DNA of 64,000 nt from Candidatus Nomurabacteria bacterium (GCA_023267215.1 JAHFNS010000001.1:174710-238709), one strand, 5' to 3'; numbered from the stretch's first letter, positions 39,301-48,406 are shown. Notes: generated from the letters alone by a model not told the origin. Made by a program: numbers and translations.

Positions 39301-41004
39301 TTAATATACCTCTTGATTATAACATTTCTCACAGTAAATTATTTCTGGTCTATCTGGTGCATAGCTAGTCTCAAACTCGTTTTGGCAACCATCTTTCATA
39401 CACTTTCTATGCCAAAGTTTAAGAGGATTTCTTTGTTTAAGTCTATTATAGTGTCTGCAGTTAGGACAGAAGTGAGAAATGGGTAGATTCATTCGTTTAT
39501 AGAAGGATAGCTCATCTGGTATGATTTTGAAGGCTTCAGTACATTGTTCATTACATTTTCCTTTATGTTCACATTCTATGACTTTGTTCACGATATCATC
39601 TTTCACATCTTTTATATCATTAGGAATATCTTCATTCTTAATGTCTATTGTGTAATTTCTCTCTTCTTTATCTTTCCACTTATATCCTTGTGTTATGGCT
39701 TCTTCTTTAGTTAATGGGAAGTATTCTTGGGCTATGGTTTCGTTATAGCAGAATGGACTTAATTCACTTGGGAAGAATTCACCGTATTTATAGATTCTTC
39801 CCTTTTTATCTATATAGGGCATATCGTTCATGTGTTTGATTATCTTGGGGACTAATTCTTCGTATTCTTCCTTTGTATATTGTTTGTTTAAGATGCAGTA
39901 TTGTTTGGAACGGAGACCGATGCAGGCGAAACAATTATTACAAACATAACAAAAATCACAATAAGAAAGTTCACTTGATTCTCCACAAGTATTGGTAATT
40001 TTCGTATTAGTATTTTTCCAAAATGATATATTCTCATAAACGAGTTCCATAAATTCACAAAAGTTTGCATCATAAACATTACGACCATCTATCATTCTGG
40101 TACAATACTTTTCGTCTTCACATTTTTTCACGTCAAAACAATCATGAACATTTTTTGACTGGATGATATTATTTCCTGATACATTTTTACTCTGTAACTC
40201 TATTGAAAATTTATGAGGAATTGTTTTTTTAACTTTCAAAAACTCTTCTTTCACTTTTTCAAGTCCCTCTTTTGTATTTAAGCCTAATGCATTTTTTTTA
40301 TTTGAAAATTCCTCTTTTGTATAGGCTTTATTAAAAATATGATATTTCTGTCCACGAAGACCTACACAACCAATACAATCTTGGCAATTTTTACAATCGA
40401 AGCAATAAATTAGGTCAAAAGAATTTGAACATTCTTGTGCAAAAATAGAATGGGAAAGTTTTTCACAATCTATGCATTCATAACAATATTCACATTCTCG
40501 TGCTAGGTGTGTATCAATACAATTCTTTGATTCATAAGGAGAACCATACATACAATCTTCAATGGCAATAGAACCAAAACAAAGATAGGAATTTTTTACA
40601 TCGCCAACATAATTACAATAATCACTATTATAAACAAAATTTGCGTTTAAATTTATTCTTGGTACTTTTTCTTGTAACTCCTTTAATTGAATAAAAAAGT
40701 TTTTAGAGAAATCATAATCTATTCCATAAGATAAAGCATCCCAATTGTCAGACCAAAAATAATCTCTTTCATATACTTTATATGGTTTATCTAAAGAATA
40801 AACGGAAATTATATTTTTACCAGTTCCATCACACAATCTTTTATAAAGAGAACGTTCATTTCTGAAAGAAAAACGTCTAATTAATCTACATTCCGGACAA
40901 AAAGTTGGAGGTGGAACTTTGATTTTTTCATAAAATCCAAAATCATCTGGCTCTATAATAAAGTCTTTTTTGCAATTCTGGCAATTTCTAGTTTCACTTT
41001 GCAT
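39301..41004 (-). CDS. Cys-rich multi-zinc-module protein, paralog 7
   Basis: CQNC..CPEC, WSDNWD, DFS, NCFAC, YGEFFP, YAPDR..IYCEKCY. Confidence 0.9.
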   Translation of the reverse strand: MQSETRNCQNCKKDFIIEPDDFGFYEKIKVPPPTFCPECRLIRRFSFRNERSLYKRLCDGTGKNIISVYSLDKPYKVYERDYFWSDNWDALSYGIDYDFSKNFFIQLKELQEKVPRINLNANFVYNSDYCNYVGDVKNSYLCFGSIAIEDCMYGSPYESKNCIDTHLARECEYCYECIDCEKLSHSIFAQECSNSFDLIYCFDCKNCQDCIGCVGLRGQKYHIFNKAYTKEEFSNKKNALGLNTKEGLEKVKEEFLKVKKTIPHKFSIELQSKNVSGNNIIQSKNVHDCFDVKKCEDEKYCTRMIDGRNVYDANFCEFMELVYENISFWKNTNTKITNTCGESSELSYCDFCYVCNNCFACIGLRSKQYCILNKQYTKEEYEELVPKIIKHMNDMPYIDKKGRIYKYGEFFPSELSPFCYNETIAQEYFPLTKEEAITQGYKWKDKEERNYTIDIKNEDIPNDIKDVKDDIVNKVIECEHKGKCNEQCTEAFKIIPDELSFYKRMNLPISHFCPNCRHYNRLKQRNPLKLWHRKCMKDGCQNEFETSYAPDRPEIIYCEKCYNQEVY

Positions 41005-41007
41005 AAC

Positions 41008-41041
41008 TGTGGATAACTGCCCCTAAGCCCAGCTTAGGAGA
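41008..41041. repeat. DnaA box plus family A palindrome upstream of paralog 7
   Basis: TGTGGATAACTGCCCCTAAGC-CCA-GCTTAGGAGA. Confidence 0.8.
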
Positions 41042-41043
41042 GA

Positions 41044-42354
41044 TTATTTTGGATAATTTACAATAACTTGAATGCTTTTACTTTTATCAGGAAAAGAAGA
41101 TTTCCAAAAAGGACGAAGAACTAACTCAGCAGAATCAATATTTGGGTACTTGGATAAAATCTGGTTAAACTCAGTTTTCTTTTTTCCTAATACATCATTA
41201 ATGAATGATGTTTGATCAACTTTCCAAATGATTTTCGAAGTACCAGTTAAAGTGAAATTAATACTTTTTACATCTGCAAAAGATACATTTTCTTTATCTG
41301 CTAAAACGAAAGACATATCTCTAATGTTTGGTATATAAATATCTTCTCCTGCGTATTTATCAACAATATCTTCTGCTATTTTTTTGGTTAACTTTTTTTC
41401 ATCAAAAAGAAAACCATAAAGGGTACCTTTCACTTTTACCGAAACTTTATTATCTTTATCTGGAGAAAAAGTGATATCTTTATCTAAAATACTGGTAAAT
41501 ACAGCATCTTTGTAAAGGATAAACCCACTTGGAATCTGATCTGTTACTTTTTTCACAAGCTTAGTCTCTAAAATAGCTTTTAGTTCATTCACTGCACTCG
41601 CCTTATCTAATGAAGATACAACTGGTGATTTACCTTTAAAACCACCACTAATATCTCCCTTTGACCTAGCATAAAATTTAGAATACTTAGGTGTGCCCTT
41701 AAATCCTAAAATTTTAAAATCTAACGGAGTACTGTTGTATTCTTCTCCGCCTTCTGCTCCATAGATACCTACCTCGACGTTTCCAGGTTTACCATCTTTT
41801 GTGATTCCGGGTACAGTTATTTTATTACTTGTCTTGTAAATTTTTCCATTTGACCCCTCTAAGCGAGTATCTATGTCGAGCATTTGTGGGGAAGAATTGT
41901 AAGAGTTATAAACAATGATAGTGCCTGTAGCTTTTATGGTTGTGTCTTTCATTTCTCCACCCTGTATAGATTTATTTTCTTCTCCTGAAATAACAACTAA
42001 ATCAAAAGATAAACCAGGTGTACTTAAATCTTTTGTAGCTGTTAAATTATCATTCAATTGTATTTCTTTTACCTTGGGAATTATTGTAATTTTGGCACCA
42101 GAAAATAAAAAAGAAAGAGCAAAAAGAAGAAATAAAACAGAAATAAACGCTACAAAAAAAAGCCTATACTTAGATTTTTTACTGCTCTTTTTTACTCCAC
42201 CATAAACTATTTCTCTTTCTCTTATTTTTTCTTTTTTTCTATCAGAAAAACTCTCAGCATTAATAGTAGGTCTCTCTTTAACTTTTATAATTTTTATAGA
42301 TGCAGGTGTATGAGTTTTAACTTTCACCATATCCTGCATTAAATTTTTTGCCAT
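41044..42354 (-). CDS. Membrane-anchored hypothetical protein (baseplate J-like region)
   Basis: Single TM followed by KATGTIIVYN, TRL, VPG, GEEYN, GG motifs. Confidence 0.6.
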   Translation of the reverse strand: MAKNLMQDMVKVKTHTPASIKIIKVKERPTINAESFSDRKKEKIREREIVYGGVKKSSKKSKYRLFFVAFISVLFLLFALSFLFSGAKITIIPKVKEIQLNDNLTATKDLSTPGLSFDLVVISGEENKSIQGGEMKDTTIKATGTIIVYNSYNSSPQMLDIDTRLEGSNGKIYKTSNKITVPGITKDGKPGNVEVGIYGAEGGEEYNSTPLDFKILGFKGTPKYSKFYARSKGDISGGFKGKSPVVSSLDKASAVNELKAILETKLVKKVTDQIPSGFILYKDAVFTSILDKDITFSPDKDNKVSVKVKGTLYGFLFDEKKLTKKIAEDIVDKYAGEDIYIPNIRDMSFVLADKENVSFADVKSINFTLTGTSKIIWKVDQTSFINDVLGKKKTEFNQILSKYPNIDSAELVLRPFWKSSFPDKSKSIQVIVNYPK

Positions 42355-42363
42355 AATATAATT

Positions 42364-43566
42364 TTAACAAATAAAACGATTAATATAAACAGACTCAATA
42401 ATAAGGAATGGGTCACGATCTATATTTTCTTTATCTGAGTAATCCAATCGGACAGATTTGAAATCTACATTTCCGTGAAGAATTTGGTTATTCAAAAATA
42501 TAATTTTAAACTTGGAAATAGTTGAAATATATTGATTAAATTGTTCCCTATTAATAATATCACCAAAAAAATCTGCAAAATCTTGATCTACTGTTATAAA
42601 AATAGTTGATGGAATAGATGTATTTTTTGAAATATCCACTAAAGATTTTTGGAATAGATCAAGCCATTCTGTTTTTAATTTATCCATAACAGGACCAATT
42701 TTTTTAAAAATGGCATCCGAGGCATGTCCATCCATATAGATGGAAATATAAGTTTTTGCTTCATCTAAGGAACAATTTAATTTGGTAGCGGTTTTGCGAA
42801 TCATAAAATTACGTCCTAAAGGAAAAGAAACAGAACTTATTAACGCTTCTTTTTTGATTATAGAAATATCCGTCATCTCTCCACAAATATCCATTAAAAG
42901 AAAGTCTTCCTGGCTCATAAACATATCTCGAACGATGGTGAAAGATGCTATGGTAAAAGAAGAAAATCTTATGTCTCTCGGATGAAAGTGTTTAAATATA
43001 CTCTCTTCAATTTTTTTTAAAACTTTTTCTCCACTCATAGAAACAAAAATATTCATCTCGAGCTTTTGACATTTTTTATTAAAAGGTTCTTTAGTTACAT
43101 AACCATTTAACATGGTCTTAATATTTTTAAATTCAATCATTCTAATTTTATTTGGAGTATCTTTAAATTCTGCCAAGTGCTCTTTTTCAAATAAACTTAT
43201 CTCTTTTTGAATTAAACCGTCAGCAAGTTTAGAAGTAAATATGAAAGGAATATTTTTCTCTAATTTAATAATTCTAGTCTCCGAGACATACCAAGGTGAA
43301 GAAAGAACACAGAAAATTTTGGTTGGATTTCCAACCGAAGATAAAGATATTTTTTTAGCTATAATATCAAGTGCTTTTAAAGTTAATAAAAGAAACCTAT
43401 CGGAATCCATCTTGTTTTCAAAAGTTATTGATTCTCTAATAGAAAAAATTATTTTAGGAGTTTTGTTTTTATTTATTTCAAAAACTGCACCTCCAACAGA
43501 AGAAGATCCAATATCAAAAACTAAACCTAATTTCTTCCCTTCTGCTTTCTTAGAAAAGATTCCCAT
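42364..43566 (-). CDS. FtsA/PilM-like actin-fold protein (divergent)
   Basis: LVFDIGSSSVGG and LLMDICGEMTDISI phosphate-loop-like motifs, SFPLG. Confidence 0.6.
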   Translation of the reverse strand: MGIFSKKAEGKKLGLVFDIGSSSVGGAVFEINKNKTPKIIFSIRESITFENKMDSDRFLLLTLKALDIIAKKISLSSVGNPTKIFCVLSSPWYVSETRIIKLEKNIPFIFTSKLADGLIQKEISLFEKEHLAEFKDTPNKIRMIEFKNIKTMLNGYVTKEPFNKKCQKLEMNIFVSMSGEKVLKKIEESIFKHFHPRDIRFSSFTIASFTIVRDMFMSQEDFLLMDICGEMTDISIIKKEALISSVSFPLGRNFMIRKTATKLNCSLDEAKTYISIYMDGHASDAIFKKIGPVMDKLKTEWLDLFQKSLVDISKNTSIPSTIFITVDQDFADFFGDIINREQFNQYISTISKFKIIFLNNQILHGNVDFKSVRLDYSDKENIDRDPFLIIESVYINRFIC

Positions 43567-43590
43567 AAATGTAATTGTATCATAAAAACT

Positions 43591-45234
43591 CTATAGAAGC
43601 ACAGCCTTTATACGTCTAACTCCAGCTGAAACAGCTTCTTCTTTTATTATTTTAAATTGTCCTAATTCACCTGTATTTTTGACATGCGGCCCTCCACAAA
43701 ATTCTTTTGAAATTTGATTCCCATCTTTGTCTTCAATAAAATATACGCTCACCATATCTGGGTATTTAGCTCCGAATTCCATTTCTGCCCCTATTTTTTC
43801 TGCCTCAGAAAGAGGCATTTCACAACGAATAACGTCAAGCTTATTTTCTATTTTTTCATTAACAAAATCTTCTACTTTCTTTTTTTCTTCATCTGTTAGT
43901 TTGTGATCACAAATGAAATCTATACGCAAACGTTCTTCTGTGATATTACTTCCCTTTTGTTTTATATTTTTATCAACAATATTTTGTAAACCAGCTAAAA
44001 GTAAATGATGTGCAGTATGTAATCTAATAGTTTTTTCATTATGATTAAGAAGTCCACCCTTGAACATTCCCGCCGAAGCAGTCTGCGAAAGCCTCTGGTG
44101 TTCTGCCATTTTTTTATTAAAATCTTCTAAATCTATCTTTTGTTCTTTCTCTTTTGCAAGCTCAAGAGTAAGCTCGATTGGGAAACCATAAGTAGTAGCC
44201 AAAATAAATGGATCTTCTCCTCTTTCAAATTCTTTTAAACCTCTACCTAGCGTTTCTCTAAATTTTTGTTCTTCTTTATTTATTTCTCCATTATCATTCA
44301 AAACATAAATACCTTCATACCTTTTTTTATTTCTTTCAATTATTTTTTCTAATGGCTCCTTAGAAAATCTTACAGCCCTGCGTACTAATCTCCTCAAAAC
44401 ATATCCTCGTCCAGTATTAGAAGGTAAAACTCCATCAGAAATAATAAAAAGTGCAGCTTTTATATGGTCAGAAATAATTCTCTCTTCTTTTGCCTTTTCT
44501 CCATTAAATAAATCCGTATCATAAACACTTTCTTTTTTTTGTACTATCGAAACCAATCTTTCAAGTCCCATACCTGTATCAATACCCAATATATCTAGCT
44601 TTTTAAGGGTTACCTCACCTTTATCTAATTTTTCTCGAGAACCATCACAAAAATACTCATTGAAAACTATATTCCAAATTTCAACATCTTCTCCGTTTGC
44701 ATTTTTGCAATAAACTTCTGTAGTTCTACCACAAGGACCAGAATTTCCTGTCGGTCCCCAAAATACATCTTCCCCTTCTTCTTTTATATTTTTAACTCCG
44801 ATTTCTTTCCAAATTCTTTCTGACTCTTCATCTTTCGGAACATTTTTACTTCCTTTATAAACTGTCACATAAGAAATATCCAAATTCATTTCTTTAGTAA
44901 TAAAATCATAAGCATACTCTATCGCTTCTTTTCTTCCATATCCACCAAAAGAAAAATTACCCAACATTTCAAAAAATGTTAAATGCGTAGAATCTCCGAC
45001 TTCATCAATATCTCCTGTACGTATACATTTTTGAATAGTGGTTACATTTAAACTTCCAAAATCTTTTTCTGCATCCTTTGGATTAATATAATAAGGTTTA
45101 AATTGTTGCATTCCTGCCGTTGTAAAAAGTACTGAAGGATCATTCTCAGGTATTAATAAAGAAGAAGGTATTATTTTGTGTCCTCTTTTCTCAAAAAACT
45201 TTAAAAATCTTGACCTAATTTCATTTGAATCCAT
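43591..45234 (-). CDS. alaS: Alanyl-tRNA synthetase, compact
   Basis: LFTTAGMQQFK, TFFEMLGNFSFG, IDTGMGLER, GRGYVLRR, editing HTAHH and EFCGGPHV; no C-Ala domain. Confidence 0.95.
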   Translation of the reverse strand: MDSNEIRSRFLKFFEKRGHKIIPSSLLIPENDPSVLFTTAGMQQFKPYYINPKDAEKDFGSLNVTTIQKCIRTGDIDEVGDSTHLTFFEMLGNFSFGGYGRKEAIEYAYDFITKEMNLDISYVTVYKGSKNVPKDEESERIWKEIGVKNIKEEGEDVFWGPTGNSGPCGRTTEVYCKNANGEDVEIWNIVFNEYFCDGSREKLDKGEVTLKKLDILGIDTGMGLERLVSIVQKKESVYDTDLFNGEKAKEERIISDHIKAALFIISDGVLPSNTGRGYVLRRLVRRAVRFSKEPLEKIIERNKKRYEGIYVLNDNGEINKEEQKFRETLGRGLKEFERGEDPFILATTYGFPIELTLELAKEKEQKIDLEDFNKKMAEHQRLSQTASAGMFKGGLLNHNEKTIRLHTAHHLLLAGLQNIVDKNIKQKGSNITEERLRIDFICDHKLTDEEKKKVEDFVNEKIENKLDVIRCEMPLSEAEKIGAEMEFGAKYPDMVSVYFIEDKDGNQISKEFCGGPHVKNTGELGQFKIIKEEAVSAGVRRIKAVLL

Positions 45235-45238
45235 AAAC

Positions 45239-45709
45239 TTATCTTTCTTTATTTAAATTTTCATCAGAAATTCTTCTAATTGGTTTTTCAAGAATATTAA
45301 GAAAAATAAAAATCAAAAGTACTAAAATAGTTGATATAATTGCAAGATTAAAAAGTCCGAATCCAGCAGCCATACCAATGCCTGCAGTCACCCAAAGTCC
45401 ACCAGCGGTCGTAAGCCCCCTTGTACGAGAATCTCTGAACATTATCATACCAGCGCCAAGAAAGCCGATACCCACAATAATATTAGAAGCTATCATTACA
45501 GGATTAAAACCTGGTGTATTTATATATTTTTCTCCCATAGTCTCAGAAATCATTATAAAAAGAGCTGCTCCCATAGAAACAAGGGCATGAGTTTTCATTC
45601 CCGCTTCTTTATGTACCAAAAGACGTTCAACACCAATAAGCATTCCTAAAACTATCGCTACTATTAATTTTAAAAAAATATCACTATTTTGTATAAAAAA
45701 TTGTTCCAT
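45239..45709 (-). CDS. MgtC/SapB family membrane protein
   Basis: IGVER, AGMKTH.LV, GIGFLGAG, GLTTAG.LW. Confidence 0.9.
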   Translation of the reverse strand: MEQFFIQNSDIFLKLIVAIVLGMLIGVERLLVHKEAGMKTHALVSMGAALFIMISETMGEKYINTPGFNPVMIASNIIVGIGFLGAGMIMFRDSRTRGLTTAGGLWVTAGIGMAAGFGLFNLAIISTILVLLIFIFLNILEKPIRRISDENLNKER

Positions 45710-45716
45710 ATAATAA

Positions 45717-46910
45717 TCATACAACAATTCCTCCGCCTAAACAAACATCTTTATCATATATGACACAAGATTGCCCAGAGGCCACCAATATAGGTTTTTT
45801 AAATATAACCTCTGCGGAAGCCTTGCTTCCGCAAATTACATTACAGGTCAAAAATTCACTATGATAACGAATTTGAGCTGTGTAAGTTTTATCTTGTTTA
45901 GGAGTAGTAAAGATCCAATTTATATTACTTATTTTAATTTCTTCCCCTCCTTGATGAGGAGGGGTGCCCTTTAGGGTGGGGTGGTGCTTTTTAGAATTAC
46001 CACCCCCTGCCCCCTCCTCCACGAGGAGGGGGTTAAGATTTTTGTCTTGCGACACATATAAAATATTTTTCTTTATATCTTTACCAACTATATAATAGGC
46101 TCCATCATTAGGACTTTTTTTAATAATAGTAAAACCATGACGTTCTCCTAAAGTATGGAAAACTACTCCATCGTGATATCCAATTTCTTCTCCTTTTTCA
46201 TTCCCCGCCTCTGACGGGGCAAGCAAAACTTTTCCCTTTTTTTCTTTAATATAATGTTTCAAAAAATCTTTCAAATCTACAGCCCCTAGAAAGCAAATAC
46301 CCTGGCTATCTTTTTTAAGAGCGACTGGCAATTTGAATTTTTTAGCAAGCTTGCGGACTTCTGTTTTTTTTAGATGACCTATAGGAAATAAAATTCTACT
46401 TAATTGCTCTTGCTTCAATGTCCACAAAAAATATGATTGATCTTTTGAAGGGTCAATGCCTTTTCTTAAATTTTTGGAAAAAGTCGGCCCTTTTTGAATT
46501 CTTAAGGGCCGGCCTTCTCCAAAAATTTGTGCATAATGCCCTGTTGCGATGTAGTCAGCTCCCATAGCAATTGCTTTTTTAAGAAAAGCCCCAAATTTCA
46601 CTTCTTTATTACACATCACATCAGGATTCGGCGTTCTCCCTCTCTTATATTCGGCAATCATATAGTCTGCAACTTCTTTTTTATACACGTCACTCAAATC
46701 AAAAGTAAGAAATGGAATATCCAAAAAAGCTGCGACGCGCATAGCGTCCAGGCGTTCTTCTTCTTCATTACATTCCAAGAAATCCGGATGCCAAGTACGT
46801 ATAAAAACCCCGACTACGTCATAGCCTTGTTTTTTTAATAATGCTGCACTTACAGCAGAATCAACACCACCAGATAAACCAACAAATACTACTTTTTTAT
46901 TCTTTTTCAT
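45717..46910 (-). CDS. mnmA: tRNA 2-thiouridylase
   Basis: SGGVDS, TPNPDVMCN, ATGHY, KDQSYFL, DSQGICF. Confidence 0.96.
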   Translation of the reverse strand: MKKNKKVVFVGLSGGVDSAVSAALLKKQGYDVVGVFIRTWHPDFLECNEEEERLDAMRVAAFLDIPFLTFDLSDVYKKEVADYMIAEYKRGRTPNPDVMCNKEVKFGAFLKKAIAMGADYIATGHYAQIFGEGRPLRIQKGPTFSKNLRKGIDPSKDQSYFLWTLKQEQLSRILFPIGHLKKTEVRKLAKKFKLPVALKKDSQGICFLGAVDLKDFLKHYIKEKKGKVLLAPSEAGNEKGEEIGYHDGVVFHTLGERHGFTIIKKSPNDGAYYIVGKDIKKNILYVSQDKNLNPLLVEEGAGGGNSKKHHPTLKGTPPHQGGEEIKISNINWIFTTPKQDKTYTAQIRYHSEFLTCNVICGSKASAEVIFKKPILVASGQSCVIYDKDVCLGGGIVV

Positions 46911-46914
46911 AAAA

Positions 46915-47757
46915 CTATCTAATTCCTATAAACTTTTTTATCACTTCATCAAGTTTTTCAAAATTTTCTCTCTTAAAACTATGTTCTTCACTAAGTAATA
47001 TACTTATTTGATGATTGTTCTCAATGGCAAAATTTACATAGTCTCTTCTTGGAAAAATCATATCTTTTTCACCACAAATAAATAAGATATCCTTGTCCAT
47101 TAATTTATATTTATGTGCAACTACATGTGTTGATTTCATATTACCAAATATATCGTATCCGGCTTTTGCATATTTTGAGACAATTTTACCCCAATCTTTT
47201 ATTTTTAAATTATTTTGTAAAACCTTTCTTGGTCTCTTCTTTGGAATCCAAAAAGAACATAACCATGACAATATAATACTTTTTGTTATAACCCGACTAA
47301 AAAAAGCAAAAACATAGCCCATCTTTTTATCAAAACCTGCTGGAGTAACTAAAATTATTTTTTCAAAATTATTTTTATAATCATTATACAGATAAGCCAA
47401 TGGTATTGCAGACATTGATTTAGCAATAATATAAAATTTATCTTCCAAAATTTGATTCTTAATTAAATTATCAATTACTACACTCAAATAACTTGCCATA
47501 TATCTTGCATCGTATGTATCTTCTTCTCTAAATAATTTAGTTGCTTTTCCATGCCCTAACCAATCGATAGCACACAAACGTTCATTGGGAATATCTACAG
47601 CCATTCTTTCATAAAATTCATATGCATCTGATCCTAATCCATGAAGTAAAAGAATATCTTTCTTGATTTTCGTATTATCCTTACAAACCCCAACATCAAC
47701 GTTAAGTCCTTTAAAATCAATCTTCATTAAAAAACATTCAAATTTTGAATTTAACAT
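46915..47757 (-). CDS. Alpha/beta hydrolase fold protein
   Basis: LLHGLG, IDWLGHG, AKSMS nucleophile elbow variant, GEKD, EEH. Confidence 0.8.
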   Translation of the reverse strand: MLNSKFECFLMKIDFKGLNVDVGVCKDNTKIKKDILLLHGLGSDAYEFYERMAVDIPNERLCAIDWLGHGKATKLFREEDTYDARYMASYLSVVIDNLIKNQILEDKFYIIAKSMSAIPLAYLYNDYKNNFEKIILVTPAGFDKKMGYVFAFFSRVITKSIILSWLCSFWIPKKRPRKVLQNNLKIKDWGKIVSKYAKAGYDIFGNMKSTHVVAHKYKLMDKDILFICGEKDMIFPRRDYVNFAIENNHQISILLSEEHSFKRENFEKLDEVIKKFIGIR

Positions 47758-47766
47758 TATATTAAT

Positions 47767-48294
47767 TTACAGTTTCATTAGCTTTTTGTAAAGCTCATAT
47801 GTCGCATAAGCGTCTGATAAGGCACTATGGGGACGTTCATTTTTTATATCAAAAAGCTTGCACATATCACGCAAAGAAAAATGTTTGAAATTTGGTTTTT
47901 TGTGAAATTTCGCCCAAGCAATAGAGATAGTATCTAATTTATGGTAATGCATGGTATTTTTCCATTTATTTTTAGCAAAAGCATATTCCAAAAATCCATA
48001 ATCAAAAGAAACGTTTTGCCCAACCATAATACAATCTTTTACTTTTTTGGCTAAAATCTGTATCGCCTCTTCTAAATTAGAAGCTTGATTCCAATCTTTT
48101 TTATTATAATGATTTATTTTTAAAGCCACAGGGTCTGCGTTTTTTATATGTTTTGGTTTTATTTTTAATTCAAATTTCTCAATAACTCTGAGTTTTGGTG
48201 TTGTTATCACGCAACCAATCTCAATAATTTCATGTCTAGTGAAATCAAGTCCCGTAGTTTCTATATCTATAAAAGCTAAATTGTGTTTTCGCAT
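47767..48294 (-). CDS. DEDDh 3'-5' exonuclease (DnaQ-like)
   Basis: DIETTG, EIIEIG, N.SFD, LDT, HSALSDA. Confidence 0.9.
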   Translation of the reverse strand: MRKHNLAFIDIETTGLDFTRHEIIEIGCVITTPKLRVIEKFELKIKPKHIKNADPVALKINHYNKKDWNQASNLEEAIQILAKKVKDCIMVGQNVSFDYGFLEYAFAKNKWKNTMHYHKLDTISIAWAKFHKKPNFKHFSLRDMCKLFDIKNERPHSALSDAYATYELYKKLMKL

Positions 48295-48310
48295 ATAATT
48301 TATAAAATCT

Positions 48311-48396
48311 AAAATAGTACTTTTTTCGACATACGCTACTGTAAGATACTTAATGACGTCAGGTTCGTGTGCGAGTCGTGAAAAAGTAGCTATTTT
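48311..48396. repeat. ~85-bp structured dispersed repeat, copy 2
   Basis: Homologous to 34927-35011. Confidence 0.8.
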
Positions 48397-48406
48397 GAAT
48401 TTTATA

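Noticed and set aside
14122-41004. Diversity-generating retroelement as the source of paralog variation
   Set aside because: No reverse transcriptase in the window and no ~100-bp TR/VR pair differing only at adenines was seen; differences involve all bases and indels.
41044-42354. Prophage or tailocin based on the baseplate-J-like protein
   Set aside because: No other phage structural, packaging or lysis genes nearby, and the protein has a TM anchor.
43591-45234. alaS, dnaJ, metK or infB as truncated pseudogenes
   Set aside because: Frames are intact with the key motifs present; shortening fits genome streamlining.
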